Shown here: positions 39,300 through 49,580 of the stretch, piece after piece | Layout: each line of letters opens with the position of its first letter | Position numbering within the stretch: position 1 is the first letter of the stretch | Source: an uncultured Holophaga sp. | GTDB lineage: Bacteria > Acidobacteriota > Holophagae > Holophagales > Holophagaceae | Assembly (NCBI GenBank): GCA_963664825.1 | Contig: OY761614.1 | Coordinates: forward strand, 128,001 to 192,000 | DNA: 64,000 bases | Direction of reading: 5' to 3' | Position numbers and translations under genes: made by a program | Notes under the pieces: generated by a model | The model's database searches: none | Told to the model about the DNA's origin: nothing | What the model saw: only the letters and a program-made list of their open reading frames with translations

Positions 39300-41458
39300 T
39301 TCGCCCGCGCCTCGAACCCTGCGGAGGTGAGATCCACCTCGAGGGTCTGCCTCCCGAGGATTCGCAAGGCGCCCAGAAAGGGACCGAAGGTGGAGGCCAC
39401 CTCCGCGGCGGCCTCATCTTCGCTGGGCGCGGGTTCGCCGAACCACCAGATGCGGCCTCCATGCTGGATGCGCAGATAGGCGAGCAGCAGGGCTTCCAGG
39501 TCCCGGGCCACCTTGTCGCCATCGATAGAGACTCGGCCGAAGGCGTTCGAGGGCATATCGGCCAGGGTGGGCGCTTGCCCCAGGAGGCCAGCCATCACGG
39601 CCTGCACGGCCTCGCTATCGCTGCCCAGCACCAGGGTTTCGTTCAGCACGGCGTAGGCAGGCGTGAAGGCCTGTTCCGTCGCGATGCGGTGCACCAGGAC
39701 TCCCTTGGCATATTCGCGGTTCTGAGCCTGCCCCTTGAAGAGCTGGATCCAGAGCTTCCGAATGAGTTCCTCGACCTGAATGGCTCTACCCTTCTGGATG
39801 GGCAGAGCCAGGGCAAGGCTGGGGCTCATACCAGGCTCACCGAAGCCGCCAAAGGCCTGCACCTGGCCCTGGCGCTCCAGACGGGAGGCCTGGGATGGCC
39901 CCTCCTGCTTGAGCTTTCGGAATTCCGTCAGGGCAGCCCGCTGGGCGGCGCTGAGGGGAGGCGGAGGGGTCCAGCCGTTCCAGTAGAAAGCCGCGCCGCG
40001 AAGGTCCAGCAGGCCCTGGAGGACCGCGATCTCGCTCCGCAACCCCTTGCGCGCCACCAAGCGGGCCCGCACCCTCTCCGTCTCGGCCCGGTAATGTTGC
40101 TGCTGCTGGGGCGTGAGGTTCTGCCCCCCGTCGGCGAAGGCCGCCATCCGGGGTTCGGAAAGCGTCTCCTCCCGGTCGATGCGGAGGATGGCGCCCATCA
40201 TGGCTTCCGTCGGACCGGCGCCGAGGGCGGCCGATAGCGCGCCGCTCCTGGGAGCGGCCTTGGCGATGAAGGGATTGGGCCAGGTCTGCTGGGCGAGGCC
40301 CTGCATGCGTCGGCAGAGGGCCAGGCGCTCGAAGGCAGCACCCGCGCCCAGGCGCGGCACGATCCAGAGGGAGAGTTCCGTCTCGGGCCTCAGGGCGGCG
40401 AGAGCCACGCGGCACCACTCCGGGCGCTCACCGAGGGTCACGAAGGCTCCCGGGGAAACGGCGGCCCGCAAAGGGGCTTCCTTATCGCAGATCCAGGTGC
40501 CTTCCGGAGAGGCCCAGAGGTTCAGCACGCCCCCCGAGCCCCTGACCTGGGTTATCTCCTGGCGTCCGCCCCACTTGACCGTGCGGACCCGGGCTCCCCT
40601 GGAGGTGGGGTTGAGCCTCAGCAGTTCCAGCGCCAGTTTGGTGCGGGTGGGCAAGTCACCGGGCATGAAGACCAGGGTTCCCCCCGAGGGGCCCGTTCCC
40701 CGCGCCGTTCCGTAGTGCAGGATCCAAGCCTCGCGCTGGGCCAAGGGTTCCAGCACAACGGAGGACTCCTGGAGCCAGGAGGCCCCATGGCGGAGGAGGA
40801 AACCCGCCCGGGTACCCTGGGCCAGCGCCCCCACCATGCCCGCCTCGCCGCCAGCCAGGGACTGGAGTTTGGCGAGTCCTGGGCGCAGATGTTTCAGGCG
40901 CAGCAGGGCCGAGGGTTGGGGGGCGCGCTCCAGGCCCTTGGGCAGCCACCCACCGCCGTCCAGCTTGGGCAGCATGGCAGGGCTTGGAATCCACTGGAAA
41001 CGCCAGTTTGAGCCGTTAAGGTGAAGGCCGAGCCCATGAGTCCAGGGTCGATCCAGGCGCACCGTGGACTCGAGGTAGGCGTAGGCATCCCGCCCCTGGG
41101 CCTTGAACCCCTTACGGTAAAGGAAGAGCGCCACTTCGTCCCGATCGGAGGCCCTGCGCAAGCCTTCGGAGGCCCACTGTTCCGGGGGGCGTTCTCCCAG
41201 CAGCACCAGGGCCGCTCGGCGCTCCTGCTCGGAGCCCCGCAAGCGCTCCAACAGGCCCTCGGTCTGCTCGGCATAGCCAAGATCAAAGAACTTCACGCCC
41301 TTCCAGATGCGCTGGCCATGGGCGTCGTTGCGGTAGAAGGTCCAGGTCTTCACCGCATCCCAGGCCCAGTTTCCCGTGGCCGGAGTGCCCTGCCCCCAAA
41401 GGCTCAGGGTACAGAGCCCCAGGACGAAGGTCCGCGCCCACCATCCATGCCGCTTCAC
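39296..41458 (-). CDS. Large exported protein in the YfaA/DUF2138 position of the macroglobulin operon
   Basis: Signal peptide after a GTG start with GGAGG RBS; overlaps the yfaT-like gene; family call rests on synteny only. Confidence 0.6.
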   Translation of the reverse strand: MKRHGWWARTFVLGLCTLSLWGQGTPATGNWAWDAVKTWTFYRNDAHGQRIWKGVKFFDLGYAEQTEGLLERLRGSEQERRAALVLLGERPPEQWASEGLRRASDRDEVALFLYRKGFKAQGRDAYAYLESTVRLDRPWTHGLGLHLNGSNWRFQWIPSPAMLPKLDGGGWLPKGLERAPQPSALLRLKHLRPGLAKLQSLAGGEAGMVGALAQGTRAGFLLRHGASWLQESSVVLEPLAQREAWILHYGTARGTGPSGGTLVFMPGDLPTRTKLALELLRLNPTSRGARVRTVKWGGRQEITQVRGSGGVLNLWASPEGTWICDKEAPLRAAVSPGAFVTLGERPEWCRVALAALRPETELSLWIVPRLGAGAAFERLALCRRMQGLAQQTWPNPFIAKAAPRSGALSAALGAGPTEAMMGAILRIDREETLSEPRMAAFADGGQNLTPQQQQHYRAETERVRARLVARKGLRSEIAVLQGLLDLRGAAFYWNGWTPPPPLSAAQRAALTEFRKLKQEGPSQASRLERQGQVQAFGGFGEPGMSPSLALALPIQKGRAIQVEELIRKLWIQLFKGQAQNREYAKGVLVHRIATEQAFTPAYAVLNETLVLGSDSEAVQAVMAGLLGQAPTLADMPSNAFGRVSIDGDKVARDLEALLLAYLRIQHGGRIWWFGEPAPSEDEAAAEVASTFGPFLGALRILGRQTLEVDLTSAGFEARAK

Positions 41459-41531
41459 GGGAACCTCCGAGATTGCCTGGAAGCATACCAAGGCCTCGAG
41501 AATTTCCCTCCCGTGATGTCAGAATAAAAAA

Positions 41532-42737
41532 ATGAGCGCGAAGCATCTGATCACCAACCTGAAGGGGCTCTTCACACCGGATCCCCGAATCCCCTGGGGC
41601 ACAAACAGGATAGAGGACGCCGCCCTGGCCATCCAGGGAGGCCGCATCACGTGGATGGGACCCCGGGACGAGATGCCCAAAGAATGGGAGGAGGCCGAGG
41701 AAATCGATGGCCAGGGGCGCTGGGCGACCCCCGGTTTCGTGGATCCCCATACCCACCTCATCTTCGGCGGCGACCGCAGCCGGGAATTCAATGAGCGCCT
41801 CCACGGCCTCACCTACGCCGAACTGGCCGCCAGGGGGGGCGGCATCCGGGAGACGGTGCGCGCCACGCGGTTGGCTTCGGTCGAGGAACTCGTCGAGATC
41901 GGCGAGGAACGCCTGCAGAAACTGGCCCGCAAGGGCGTGGTACACGTGGAGGCCAAGACGGGCTACGGTTTGGCCCTGGAGGCGGAATCCCGCCAGCTGG
42001 AGGCCTACGGCGAACTTCAGCGCCGGGGCTGGAGCCTAGACGTCACCCTCATGCCCGCCCACGATCTGCCTCCGGAATTCGCCGGGGATCCCGACCGCTA
42101 CATCCGGGTCGTGGCCGAGGAATGGCAGCCGGAACTGGTACGGCGCTTCCCGGGCGTGGCCCGCTTCTGCGATGTCTTCGTGGAAAAGGGCGTCTTTACC
42201 GTGGAACATGGGCGCCAGATCCTGGAGAGCGGGAAGAGGCTCGGGCTCATTCCCCGCATCCACGCCGACGAGTTCTGCCACACGGGGGGCGCCGAACTGG
42301 CCGCCGATCTGGGCGCGGCCAGCGCCGACCATCTCATGTTCTGTTCCGAAGCCGGAATGAAGGCCATGGCCCAGGCCAATGTGACGCCAACGCTGCTGCC
42401 CGCCACCACCCTCTTCCTGGGCATGCGGGACTTCGCCCCGGCGCGCCAGATGATCGAAGCGGGATGCCGCGTGGCCTTGGCCTCGGACTTCAACCCCGGC
42501 TCCTGCGCCTGCCTGGACCCCTTGTTGATTCTGCGCCTGGGCTGCCTTCAGCTCCGCATGACCTTCGAGGAGGCCTTCACGGCCATGACCCTCCATGCCG
42601 CTCGCAGCCTGGGACGGGAGGACCTGGGCCACCTCCACCCTGGCGCCCTGGCCCGGGTGGCCCTGTGGGACGTGAAGAATCCCCTGGAACTGGTCTACTG
42701 GATGGGCGAGGCCTATATTCCGGCTGTCCTGCCCTGA
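41532..42737 (+). CDS. hutI: Imidazolonepropionase
   Basis: PGFVDPHTHLIFGGDRSREF, GGGIRETVRATR, EAKTGYGL, FCDVFVE, IHADE, SADHL and ASDFNPGS. Confidence 0.95.
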   Translation: MSAKHLITNLKGLFTPDPRIPWGTNRIEDAALAIQGGRITWMGPRDEMPKEWEEAEEIDGQGRWATPGFVDPHTHLIFGGDRSREFNERLHGLTYAELAARGGGIRETVRATRLASVEELVEIGEERLQKLARKGVVHVEAKTGYGLALEAESRQLEAYGELQRRGWSLDVTLMPAHDLPPEFAGDPDRYIRVVAEEWQPELVRRFPGVARFCDVFVEKGVFTVEHGRQILESGKRLGLIPRIHADEFCHTGGAELAADLGAASADHLMFCSEAGMKAMAQANVTPTLLPATTLFLGMRDFAPARQMIEAGCRVALASDFNPGSCACLDPLLILRLGCLQLRMTFEEAFTAMTLHAARSLGREDLGHLHPGALARVALWDVKNPLELVYWMGEAYIPAVLP

Positions 42738-42832
42738 TCTGCGCTTCGCCCTGCCTTGCGGGTGCTATTCCGTTTCAGGGATCGAGACCTTGGTCCCCTT
42801 GTCCCTGGCTGCCCTCATTGAGCCTCCCAGGA

Positions 42833-42874
42833 GGACGAAGAAGGCCCCGGGAACTCCCGGGGCCTTCTTCGTCC
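42833..42874. terminator. Perfect 20-bp-arm hairpin between convergent genes (bidirectional terminator-like)
   Basis: GGACGAAGAAGGCCCCGGGA-AC-TCCCGGGGCCTTCTTCGTCC. Confidence 0.7.
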
Positions 42875-42905
42875 AGTCGGCGCCTGCGCCAACCCCTTGA
42901 TTGAT

Positions 42906-43139
42906 TCACTGATTGCGGTGTTTTGAATCCTCTTGCACGATCTGGTAGATCCGCTCCTTGGCGCGGAGCTTGGCCTTCTTGAGCTCGGTTTCCTCCAGGG
43001 ATTCCTGGGAAGAGACACGGACCTTGTTCAGCAAACACTGGAGCCGCTCATCAGCGGCCGAGTGTTCTTCTAGGAGCTTTCGGAACTCCACGTGCTCTTT
43101 CAGCAGGCGTTCCTGGACATCAGGCTTCAGAAAATCCAT
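42906..43139 (-). CDS. DUF465/YdcH-like small coiled-coil protein
   Basis: EFRKLLEEH...[13 protein letters not shown] pattern; GGAGG RBS. Confidence 0.75.
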   Translation of the reverse strand: MDFLKPDVQERLLKEHVEFRKLLEEHSAADERLQCLLNKVRVSSQESLEETELKKAKLRAKERIYQIVQEDSKHRNQ

Positions 43140-43261
43140 GCATCCTCCGAAAAAGGGTTGCGACCTTAGGTAGGTGCCTCGGTCTGGGGAAAGGGTACTC
43201 CCGAGTTATCCCCCGTCAAGGGAAGGCTTCCAATTCTGTAGCCTGCTATGCTGGGCCCCAA

Positions 43262-44173
43262 ATGACCCTTTTCATAAAACACTTGAGCTTGCATCGTCAG
43301 GACGGCGTCAGCCTCCTGGCCCCCTTCGAGCTGACCCTGTTGCCGCACCAGCGGGTGGCCCTGGTGGGGGAATCGGGGTCAGGAAAGAGCCTACTGCTCC
43401 GGGCCATCTTCGGAGTGTTGCCTCCGGGTATCCATCGGGGAGGAGGCCGCATCGAGGCCTTCGGAATCTCCATAGAAGGCCCCGGTGCCGGAGATCTCCT
43501 GGGGGGCCGCCTGGGCTGGGTGCCCCAGGAGGCCCTGACCGCCCTGAATCCCCTCCTGAGGATCCAGGATCAGCTCACCCTGTTGCCCCGAGCCCACCGG
43601 CACCAATCCCAACGGCAAACCCTCCTGCGCTTGGCTCCCCTGATGGAGCGCCTGCGCCTCCCCCAGGAAAGGGCCTTCCTGGGGCGCTTCCCCCTGGAAT
43701 TGAGCGGGGGCCAGCGCCAGCGCGTCGCCTTGCTCATGGCCCTCTCCTGCGACCCGGAGCTCCTCCTCCTGGATGAGCCCACCTCGGCCCTGGACCCCGA
43801 ACTTCAGGCAGAATTTCTTGCCACGATGGCCGATCTTCAGAGGGACCGGGGCCTCGGGTCCCTCTGGATAACCCATGATCTCCGGGTGGCCGCCCGTGTC
43901 GCGGATCGCATGATCGTGCTTTACGGGGGCGAGAGGCTGGAAGCCGGTCCTACGGAACGAATCCTCCGAGCCCCGAGCCACCCCTACACCCAGCGCCTGT
44001 TCTCGGCGGCCCGAGGCGAGCCTTCAAAAGAATCCGGATTCCTCGAAGCCCCGGAATATCGAAAAGCCGGCTGTCCCTTCCAGCCCCGCTGCCCCCGGGC
44101 CATGGCCAGCTGCGCCCTCTGGGCTCCCTGGAAGGGCAGCCCAGAGGACGGCATCCGCTGCGAAAGGGCCTGA
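43262..44173 (+). CDS. OppD/DppD-like ABC ATPase (no permease genes nearby)
   Basis: [30 protein letters not shown] and GCPFQPRC. Confidence 0.9.
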   Translation: MTLFIKHLSLHRQDGVSLLAPFELTLLPHQRVALVGESGSGKSLLLRAIFGVLPPGIHRGGGRIEAFGISIEGPGAGDLLGGRLGWVPQEALTALNPLLRIQDQLTLLPRAHRHQSQRQTLLRLAPLMERLRLPQERAFLGRFPLELSGGQRQRVALLMALSCDPELLLLDEPTSALDPELQAEFLATMADLQRDRGLGSLWITHDLRVAARVADRMIVLYGGERLEAGPTERILRAPSHPYTQRLFSAARGEPSKESGFLEAPEYRKAGCPFQPRCPRAMASCALWAPWKGSPEDGIRCERA

Positions 44174-44188
44174 AGCCCCAACCGAAAA

Positions 44189-45094
44189 TCAGGCGTGTAC
44201 GGACAGCGCCGTGCCGCTGGAGGCCTTGATGAGGCCCCGGCTGAGGGTGAAATCCATGCGCCCCAGGTTCACGCCGCCGAAACCCACCTGGAAGATCAGG
44301 GTCTCCCCCCCCTCGTTCTTCATCCGCACGGGCTCTTCCAGGAAGGTATGGCTGTGGCCCCCGACGATCACATCGATCCCGGGCAGCTGCTTGGCCAGGG
44401 TGAGATCGTCCCAGCCTGTGCCCTTCAGGTCATGACCGAGGTGGGAGAGGAGCACCACCATGTCCACCTTCTCCTGCTCCCGCAACAGCTTGACCACCGG
44501 TTTGAGGCTCGCGAGAGGATCCATCCAGGTGACACCTTCATGGTTCTTGGGCGTGACGAGCCCCTTGAAATCCACGATGACCCCCGTGATGCCCACCCTC
44601 ACACCCGGGAGCTGCTTCACGATCCAGGGCTTGACCCGCTGGGCCAGCCTAGGGGCCCCCTTCATGTCCAGATTGCAGTTCACGAAGGAGAACTTGGCCT
44701 CGGCCATGGCCGTGAGCAGGCCATCCACGCCATTATCGAAGTCGTGGTTGCCCAGAGTGCCCACATCGTAGCCCATCATCGACATGAGTTTGTAGTCCAG
44801 GACGCCCTTGTATCGGTTGAAGTAGGGGGTGCCCTGGAAGACATCCCCGGCATCCAGCAGCAGGACATTCCCGAGCTGGGCGCGGAGCTGTTTGACGAGG
44901 GTGGCGCGGCGGGCCATGCCCCCCCTGCCCGAGAGATTGCCATTGCCGGGACCGAAGGGTTCGATGCGCGAATGGGTGTCGTTGGTGTGGAGCAGCGTGA
45001 GGCGGGCGCTGGCGGGCGCATCCTCCCTGCGTAGGGGAACGCAGGAGGCCAGACCCATGGCTCCCAGGCTTGCGAGGAAATTCCGGCGTTTCAT
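44189..45094 (-). CDS. 5'-nucleotidase catalytic metallophosphoesterase subunit, Tat lipoprotein
   Basis: MKRRNFL..LASC; LHTNDTH, DAGD, GNHDFD, LSHLG and GGHSH. Confidence 0.88.
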   Translation of the reverse strand: MKRRNFLASLGAMGLASCVPLRREDAPASARLTLLHTNDTHSRIEPFGPGNGNLSGRGGMARRATLVKQLRAQLGNVLLLDAGDVFQGTPYFNRYKGVLDYKLMSMMGYDVGTLGNHDFDNGVDGLLTAMAEAKFSFVNCNLDMKGAPRLAQRVKPWIVKQLPGVRVGITGVIVDFKGLVTPKNHEGVTWMDPLASLKPVVKLLREQEKVDMVVLLSHLGHDLKGTGWDDLTLAKQLPGIDVIVGGHSHTFLEEPVRMKNEGGETLIFQVGFGGVNLGRMDFTLSRGLIKASSGTALSVHA

Positions 45095-45102
45095 ATCCGC
45101 TC

Positions 45103-45897
45103 CTACCTGCTCACTTTCTTTTCACGAAAGGCCTGATACATCTCGGGCGGAATTAGGAAGCGCTGCCCCGGGGGAGGGAGGAGCGGAGCCTTGAGATTCC
45201 CGAGGTGCGCACAGGCATCGAGCAGCAGATCCCGCAGCGCGAGGCCGGTGGTGATGGGGCGCCTTCCCTGACGGAGGACGGAGACACCATCCCCGCTGGC
45301 CAGCAGGTAGTCGGTGAGGGCCACCTTCACGATTTCCGCCGGGTCGATGAGGCTGCCGTCGCTCCAGGTGATGGTGAATTCTGGCTTCAAGGGCGTCCCG
45401 CCCACCTTGGCCTTGACCCCTGAGCAGGGCTCGCCTTGGCGCCGGTAGATGCCCTCCGTGACGATCTGGAGGATCTCCGCACCGGTGTAATCGGCCACCA
45501 CCATCTCGTTTTCGAAGGGCATCACCTCGTAGACATCGGAGACCTTCACCACGCCGGGGCGGATGTTCCCCCGCAGGCCGCCCGAATTGGTGATGGCAAA
45601 TTTCACAGGCGCGCCGACGATCTGCTCGGCCCGCTCCCGCATGAGATCGGCCACCCAGTAGCCCAGGAAATTTTCCTCACCGCCCCGCCCCCGGAAGAGC
45701 CCCTGGGGTGCCGTCACCAGTTCCTTGCCGAAGGTGCCCTTCATCTCGAGGGCAAGGGGCGCGATGACCTTGGCCACGGCCTCGTCATCGGGAATGGAAT
45801 CGACCACGGGAATCGGCTGGGCCCGATCGAGCTTGACCGGACTCTGGGCCGCCAGGGCCACGCCAATGGAGAGGAATATCGCGTTTTGAACCTTCAC
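45103..45897 (-). CDS. 5'-nucleotidase C-terminal (substrate-binding) domain protein
   Basis: LGYWVAD, TNSGGLRG, YEVMPFEN and TDYLLASGDG. Confidence 0.85.
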   Translation of the reverse strand: MKVQNAIFLSIGVALAAQSPVKLDRAQPIPVVDSIPDDEAVAKVIAPLALEMKGTFGKELVTAPQGLFRGRGGEENFLGYWVADLMRERAEQIVGAPVKFAITNSGGLRGNIRPGVVKVSDVYEVMPFENEMVVADYTGAEILQIVTEGIYRRQGEPCSGVKAKVGGTPLKPEFTITWSDGSLIDPAEIVKVALTDYLLASGDGVSVLRQGRRPITTGLALRDLLLDACAHLGNLKAPLLPPPGQRFLIPPEMYQAFREKKVSR

Positions 45898-45921
45898 ACG
45901 TTTCTCCTTATGCCTTTCGTC

Positions 45922-46887
45922 TCAACCGGGAAGGACTTCGCCCGCGGCACGCCGCTGCAAGTCCAGGATCTCCGCCCGCACCCTGGCGTCATGCCTCCAG
46001 AAAAGGGCCACGGCACGCAGCGTCCACCCGATCACCCAGGCCGCCGCCAGGGTGGCCAGGGACTGAAGGAGCAGGAAAACCCATACTCTCACGGGCGTGG
46101 CCCCTCCCCAGCGCCAAGCCAGGAAAAGCACGACGAAATGTAGGCCCAGGCGGAAGACCACCCCCCCGGCCAGGAGCAGCGCCCATTGCATGACGTTCAA
46201 CCACAGGCGCAGAAAGCTGTGCCCCAGGTGACGCCCGAGCGCCGTCCAGGAACCCATGCGGAATCCCCCACAGGCCCCCGCTCGGTTCGCCCTGCACAGC
46301 CACCACTGCAGGAGAAAGGCTGAAACCGCCGTCAATCGGACGAGGGTTCTGCCCACCAGATTCGCCCACCCCAGCCCTTGAATCCCCGTGCCTCCCAGGA
46401 TCCCCAGGAACCACGTCAGGGCCAGCGTCAATAGGCAGATTGGCAGAAACCCGATTAGTAGGGCATCCACGAGGCCAAAGATCCAGGGTGCAAAGGCGGC
46501 TCGCTGAGCGACAGCCTTCGCCTGCACTTTCCAACCCGCCCAGAGCACCCAGGCCAGGAAGCCCAGCACGAGTAGGGGCGTCCAGAAGCCGAGAGGGTGT
46601 TCCAGGAGCTTGCCGTTTTCCATCAATTCCCAGACATCCCTGGCCGAGAGCTGCTCACCCCAGAAGGTCGGTAGCGCGCTCCACCCCGCCAATCGGCGCA
46701 AATGCTGGGCCCAGACGGCGCTGGACAGGATCTGGAAGCCCAGCCAGGCCAGGAGCAGCTGCAACCCCGCGCCCGAGAATCCCCCGGGCAGGGCAGGTTC
46801 CAGGAAGGCCCAGGGACCGCGAGGGCTGAGGACTTCTTCGGCCATGGCCGTTTCTGGGGGAGGTTGGCGTTCGGGTTCCATGTTCAT
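45922..46887 (-). CDS. Hypothetical multi-pass membrane protein
   Basis: Several hydrophobic segments; start uncertain. Confidence 0.6.
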   Translation of the reverse strand: MNMEPERQPPPETAMAEEVLSPRGPWAFLEPALPGGFSGAGLQLLLAWLGFQILSSAVWAQHLRRLAGWSALPTFWGEQLSARDVWELMENGKLLEHPLGFWTPLLVLGFLAWVLWAGWKVQAKAVAQRAAFAPWIFGLVDALLIGFLPICLLTLALTWFLGILGGTGIQGLGWANLVGRTLVRLTAVSAFLLQWWLCRANRAGACGGFRMGSWTALGRHLGHSFLRLWLNVMQWALLLAGGVVFRLGLHFVVLFLAWRWGGATPVRVWVFLLLQSLATLAAAWVIGWTLRAVALFWRHDARVRAEILDLQRRAAGEVLPG

Positions 46888-46965
46888 TCCTGGGTCCTCA
46901 CCATGGAACCACAAAGCCGCGCCGCTCGCGCCAGGAATCGCCCACTCTTGCCGGGAGAGGCACTG

Positions 46966-47376
46966 TCAGAGGCCATTCCCCCGGGACTTGAGAAACGTGG
47001 CCAGATAGACGTCCTCGCCCTGAAAGTGGTCCAGCAGCCAGCCCTCGAGGAAATCCAGGACCGGAGCCGTCAAGTCGGTCCGGCCCTCCTCGAAACGGAG
47101 GCTGAGCTCCTCCATCTGGGAGACCAGGCTCCCGTGGATCCCCTTGTGCTCGATGACGCCCGGATATCCGAAGCGGTCCATGAGCTCTTCTTCCATTTGG
47201 AAGTGCGCCACGGTGCCATTCTTCAGGGCATCCAGTGCAGCGCTCAATTCGGCCTTGGCCTTCCCTTGAGTCACGGCCTCATGCAACTGGTTGAAGGTCT
47301 CGGTAAGCGCCCGGTGCTGTTCATCAATCTTGGTATGGCCCGTCTCGAGACGGGGTTTCCAGGTAATCAATCCCAC
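46966..47376 (-). CDS. Bacteriohemerythrin
   Basis: W..LETGHTKIDEQH, HFQMEE, HKGIH and WLLDHFQGED diiron ligands; GTG start after AAAGGAG. Confidence 0.92.
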   Translation of the reverse strand: MGLITWKPRLETGHTKIDEQHRALTETFNQLHEAVTQGKAKAELSAALDALKNGTVAHFQMEEELMDRFGYPGVIEHKGIHGSLVSQMEELSLRFEEGRTDLTAPVLDFLEGWLLDHFQGEDVYLATFLKSRGNGL

Positions 47377-47537
47377 TTTTAAGGCTCCTTTGGCGTTCTT
47401 CATCCTAGGAGCCCCTTCCCGGATTATCCAGGCCACCCCAATGGCAGAATTTAATCATTCCAATGTACAAGGTCGATAAACAGACACTTGGCCGATGAGG
47501 CCAGGCCTCTCCTGAGCCATCAGAGAATGAGGGAACC

Positions 47538-49580
47538 GTGCCCGACCCAGCGCCTGCAGCACCCGAATTCCTTCAGGATCTGCCCGCCATCCTGGTGGTG
47601 GAGGATGACCCTCATTTTTCCGAACTGATGGGCCGAATCCTCTCCCCTCGACACGGTTTCACCCAGGTTTCGATCACCCGTTCCATGAGCCAAGCCCTCG
47701 CCTGCCTGGAGACCCAAGCCTTCGGTCTGATCTTCCTGGATTTGAATCTCCCGGATTCCAAGGGGATGCCGACCCTCTCCAGGATTCTGCCCCAATCCCA
47801 GGAGGCCCAGGTCCTGGTGATGACCGGCGAAGTGGACGAGGAGAAGGCCCTCCAGGCCATGCGGGAGGGAGCTCACGACTACTTGGTGAAGGGACACCTC
47901 TCCCCAGACGCGCTGCGGCGGACCGCCCGCTACGCCCTGGAGCGCTACGCGGCGGGTCGGGCCCTGCGCCAGTATCGGATTCTCCTCAGTGGGAGCATGG
48001 ACGCGCTTCAAGCCTGCATCGCCATCCTGGATTCCGCAGGCAGGGTGCAGATCACCAATTCCCGATGGCGCACCTATTCCGACTCCGGCAACCCGCTAAT
48101 CCATGGGTGCAGCGAGGGCGTCGACTACAGGAGCGCCGTCATGCGTTTCTGGAATGTGGTGGACCCCGATATCACCGAGCCCACGGAGGTGAAGGGGCTG
48201 CTCCAGGTGCTGGCGGGCCAGAGGGACCGGTTCACCATGGACTATTCGGCTCAGCTGGCCTCGGGCAGGGCCTGGTACGGGTTGAGCGTGGAGCGTTTCA
48301 GCGAGAGCGGGAATATCCATCTGGTCATCGCCCATATCGATATCACCGAACGCAAGGAACTGGAGGTCCAGCTCAAGGCCTCCGAGGATCTGTTCACCCT
48401 TATCACGCAAAATGTCGTGGATCTGATGGCCATCATCGAGCCCTCCGGCCACCGGGTCTACACCAGCCCCTCCTACCTGCGCCAGCTGGGTTTTGACGCG
48501 GGCGAAATGGAAGCCTTCTCGAGTCTGGAACTGCTGCACCCGGGGGATAAAGCCAGTTTTACGGAGGCCCTGGACCGTCTCTTCGCCGAAGGGCGCCTGG
48601 ATGGGCGGCACTACCGACTCCGACGCAAGGACGGCCAGTATCGGGATTTCGAATCCAATGGGGTGGTCATCCGGGACGATCCCGGCAAACCTCCCAGGGC
48701 CCTGCTGGTGGCCCGAGATATCACGGATCGGCGGAACGCCGAGCTCGAGCGAGAGCAGATGGAAGTGCAGCTGCGCCATGCGCAGAAACTGGAGGCCATC
48801 GGGCAGCTCGCCGCGGGCATCGCCCACGAGATCAATACCCCCACCCAGTATATCGGGGACAACGCGATCTTCCTGCGGGACGCCTTCAAGGATGTGCTGG
48901 GCTTCATGGCCCTCGTCCAGGAGAGGATCAGCCAGGGCGCCCTTCCCCTGGAATGGGAGGAACGGGTCCAAGCATTGGACCTGGACTACCTCCAGGAGGA
49001 GATCCCTAGGGCCATCCAGCAGAGCCTGGAGGGCGTTGGCCGGGTCTCCAAGATCGTGTCTGCCATGAAGGATTTCTCCCATCCCGGGGGCGCCCTGCGG
49101 GAGCGCGTGGACCTCAACCGGGCCATCGAGAGCACCATCACCGTCTCCCGCAACACCTGGAAATACGTGGCCACCCTCGAGACGGATTTCGACCCCCAAC
49201 TTCCCCTCGTGCCCTGTTTCCCGGGAGAGTTCAACCAGGTGATCCTGAACATCCTGGTCAATGCCGCTCATGCCATCGAGGAGGCCAATGGCGGCAGGGC
49301 TTCAGGTCGCCTAGGCCTCATCCGCGTGAGCACTCGCCAGCAGGGCGACACCGTGGAAATCCGCATCTCGGACACCGGAACGGGCATTCCCAAGGAGATC
49401 CGTTCCCGGATCTTCGAGCCCTTCTTCACCACCAAGCCCGTGGGAAAAGGCACGGGCCAAGGCCTCTCCATCGCCCGCGCCGTGATCGTCGACAAGCACC
49501 ACGGGAAGCTCGATCTTCAGAGCGAACCCGGCCAGGGCACCACCTTCCTGTTACAGCTTCCCTTGAACCCCCCGGAATGA
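47538..49580 (+). CDS. Cytoplasmic REC-PAS-PAS histidine kinase
   Basis: ILVVEDD...LDLNLP receiver, two PAS/PAC domains, [25 protein letters not shown] and [15 protein letters not shown]. Confidence 0.92.
   Translation: MPDPAPAAPEFLQDLPAILVVEDDPHFSELMGRILSPRHGFTQVSITRSMSQALACLETQAFGLIFLDLNLPDSKGMPTLSRILPQSQEAQVLVMTGEVDEEKALQAMREGAHDYLVKGHLSPDALRRTARYALERYAAGRALRQYRILLSGSMDALQACIAILDSAGRVQITNSRWRTYSDSGNPLIHGCSEGVDYRSAVMRFWNVVDPDITEPTEVKGLLQVLAGQRDRFTMDYSAQLASGRAWYGLSVERFSESGNIHLVIAHIDITERKELEVQLKASEDLFTLITQNVVDLMAIIEPSGHRVYTSPSYLRQLGFDAGEMEAFSSLELLHPGDKASFTEALDRLFAEGRLDGRHYRLRRKDGQYRDFESNGVVIRDDPGKPPRALLVARDITDRRNAELEREQMEVQLRHAQKLEAIGQLAAGIAHEINTPTQYIGDNAIFLRDAFKDVLGFMALVQERISQGALPLEWEERVQALDLDYLQEEIPRAIQQSLEGVGRVSKIVSAMKDFSHPGGALRERVDLNRAIESTITVSRNTWKYVATLETDFDPQLPLVPCFPGEFNQVILNILVNAAHAIEEANGGRASGRLGLIRVSTRQQGDTVEIRISDTGTGIPKEIRSRIFEPFFTTKPVGKGTGQGLSIARAVIVDKHHGKLDLQSEPGQGTTFLLQLPLNPPE

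Noticed and set aside
42738..42832. Hairpin region after hutI considered as 6S RNA, SRP RNA, a riboswitch or a hammerhead
   Set aside because: One clear stem only; conserved cores (for example CUGAUGA..GAAA spacing, SRP loop) do not match
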